DNA of 64,000 nt from Saprospira sp. CCB-QB6 (GTDB lineage: Bacteria > Bacteroidota > Bacteroidia > Chitinophagales > Saprospiraceae): positions 1,263,886 to 1,327,885 of the forward strand of contig NZ_CP116808.1 in the NCBI RefSeq assembly GCF_028464065.1, read 5' to 3'. Shown here in pieces: positions 62,941-64,000 of the stretch (the first letter of the stretch is position 1; each line of letters begins with the position of its first letter). The notes under the pieces are model-generated. The model had not been told where the DNA came from. It searched no databases and saw only the letters and a list, made by a program, of their open reading frames with translations. The position numbers and the translations under genes are program-made.

Positions 62941-64000
62941 ACATAGAGTCGTGATTACAGGTTTGGGGGTTGTTGCCCCCAATGCCTTGGGATGCAAGGA
63001 TTTTTTGGCTGCTTTGCAGGCGGGCCAATCGGGAATTAGCTATCGCTCGGATTTAGAAGAATTGCAATTTGCTTGTCGTGTGGCAGGCTCCCCCCCTTTA
63101 ACCGAAGAGTATATCAATAGTTATTTGACGCCCCTACAAAGGCGATATATTCAAGGCTCTGGACTTTTGTATGGCTGTTTGGCAGGCCTAGAAGCTTGGC
63201 AGGATGCCGCCTTGCCTATAACCGAAAAGGAAGAAGAGCCCGATTGGGCCGCGGGTTGCATCTTTGGGGGGGGACAATCCAGCATTGAGGTTGTTCGAGA
63301 GGGGATTTATAAAGTAGATGCGGGCAAGGTTCGCCGCATTGGCTCTTCTCTAATCCAACAGACGATGGAGAGCAGCATTAGCGCTTATTTGGGTGGCTTT
63401 TTGGGCCTGGGTAATCAGTTGAGTTCTAATTCGGCGGCTTGCAGCACGGGCAGCGAAGCTATATTAATGGGGTATGAGCGCATTCGGTCGGGACGAGCGG
63501 AGCGAATGTTGGTGGGTAGCTGCAATAGTTCTGGTCCATATATTTGGGCGGGTTTTGATTCTATGCGGGTGCTTTGTCGCAAGTTTAATGAGCATCCAGA
63601 ACAGGCTTCGCGCCCCATGAGCGAGCAGGCCGCGGGCTTTGTGCCTGGCAGCGGCGCTGGCGCTATGGTTTTGGAGAGTTTGGCTTCGGCCCAAGCCCGT
63701 GGCGCTCGCATTTATGCCGAACTAAAGGGGGGACATTTAAATGCGGGCGGACAGCGCCAAGGCGGTAGCATGACGGCCCCTAACATCAAGGCGATAGAGC
63801 GCTGTATTCGCTTGGCCCTAGCTGATGCGGGCATTTCGGCTAGGGAGCTGGATGCTATTTCGGGTCATTTGACGGCCACCATGGGAGATCCCGCTGAAAT
63901 TGGGGCTTGGGTGCGGGCTTTGGGCCGCTCTGCCGATGATTTCCCTAAGATTAATAGCCTAAAGTCATTGATTGGCCATTGTTTGTCGGCAGCGGGAGCG
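62933..64000 (+). CDS. Beta-ketoacyl-ACP synthase (KAS I/II, FabF/FabB-like), 3'-truncated by the window edge
   Basis: ATG at 62933 overlaps the FabZ-like stop by 8 bp. MPEHRVVITGLGVVAPNALG. Active-site Cys in NSAACSTGSEAI. His motifs SGHLTATMGD and KSLIGHCLSAAGA. Not in the ORF track because no stop falls inside the window. Confidence 0.8.
   Translation, partial: MPEHRVVITGLGVVAPNALGCKDFLAALQAGQSGISYRSDLEELQFACRVAGSPPLTEEYINSYLTPLQRRYIQGSGLLYGCLAGLEAWQDAALPITEKEEEPDWAAGCIFGGGQSSIEVVREGIYKVDAGKVRRIGSSLIQQTMESSISAYLGGFLGLGNQLSSNSAACSTGSEAILMGYERIRSGRAERMLVGSCNSSGPYIWAGFDSMRVLCRKFNEHPEQASRPMSEQAAGFVPGSGAGAMVLESLASAQARGARIYAELKGGHLNAGGQRQGGSMTAPNIKAIERCIRLALADAGISARELDAISGHLTATMGDPAEIGAWVRALGRSADDFPKINSLKSLIGHCLSAAGA

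Overview
This 64-kb window looks like a chromosomal segment from a Bacteroidota genome of about 47-50% GC (by eye). Several large secreted proteins end in T9SS-type C-terminal sorting domains, there is a GldC-like gene, and one promoter-like match to the Bacteroidota sigma-A consensus (TTTG / TAnnTTTG); a Saprospiraceae-like origin is an inference only. I call about 45 protein-coding genes. Housekeeping genes include rpmI-rplT, rpsA, an ABC-F ATPase, dapF, hemJ, tsaB, an HtrA/DegP protease, a PduO-type corrinoid adenosyltransferase, a beta-carbonic anhydrase and a histidine/aromatic ammonia-lyase. Large envelope proteins include a 2451-aa thrombospondin-type-3-repeat adhesin, a 1077-aa T9SS cargo, two TolB-propeller/OmpA proteins, a 1049-aa TPR protein and an S8 peptidase. 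I found no rRNA, tRNA or CRISPR. Five things stand out beyond ordinary annotation. (1) An approximately 130-150-bp GC-rich modular palindromic repeat occurs 21 times, in essentially every intergenic gap between transcription units. Its orientation alternates strictly (-,+,-,+...) through all 21 copies and its hairpin modules show compensatory base changes between copies. Three copy pairs are tight inverted pairs around a conserved roughly 120-bp core. The three largest genes are each bracketed precisely by an inverted pair. One copy replaces the 3' end of an OmpA-family gene. (2) An AT-rich (about 35% GC) islet carries an overlapping two-gene module: a DUF262 protein (GmrSD-N/ParB-like, with QR.YxW and DGxQR motifs) plus a HEPN-like protein (Rx4H). 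It lies directly downstream of a membrane-protein gene whose 5' leader is a 41-bp tandem hairpin array. This is a candidate anti-phage or abortive-infection module. (3) A second, unrelated 41-bp tandem hairpin array is present, along with other small repeat families. (4) A 1127-aa single-protein nuclease-helicase (RecB-like D..ExK..QxxxY nuclease core plus Upf1/DNA2-like SF1 helicase, Nhi-like architecture) is tightly bracketed by the repeat. (5) At the right edge a biosynthetic locus begins: a type III PKS with an intact Cys-His-Asn triad, a FabI-like reductase, a FabZ-like dehydratase and a KAS II-like synthase (truncated by the window). Together with the nearby ammonia-lyase this suggests an alkylresorcinol-, alkylpyrone- or flexirubin-type lipid or pigment pathway. 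All functional calls come from motifs I can read in the translated ORFs. I ran no database searches.
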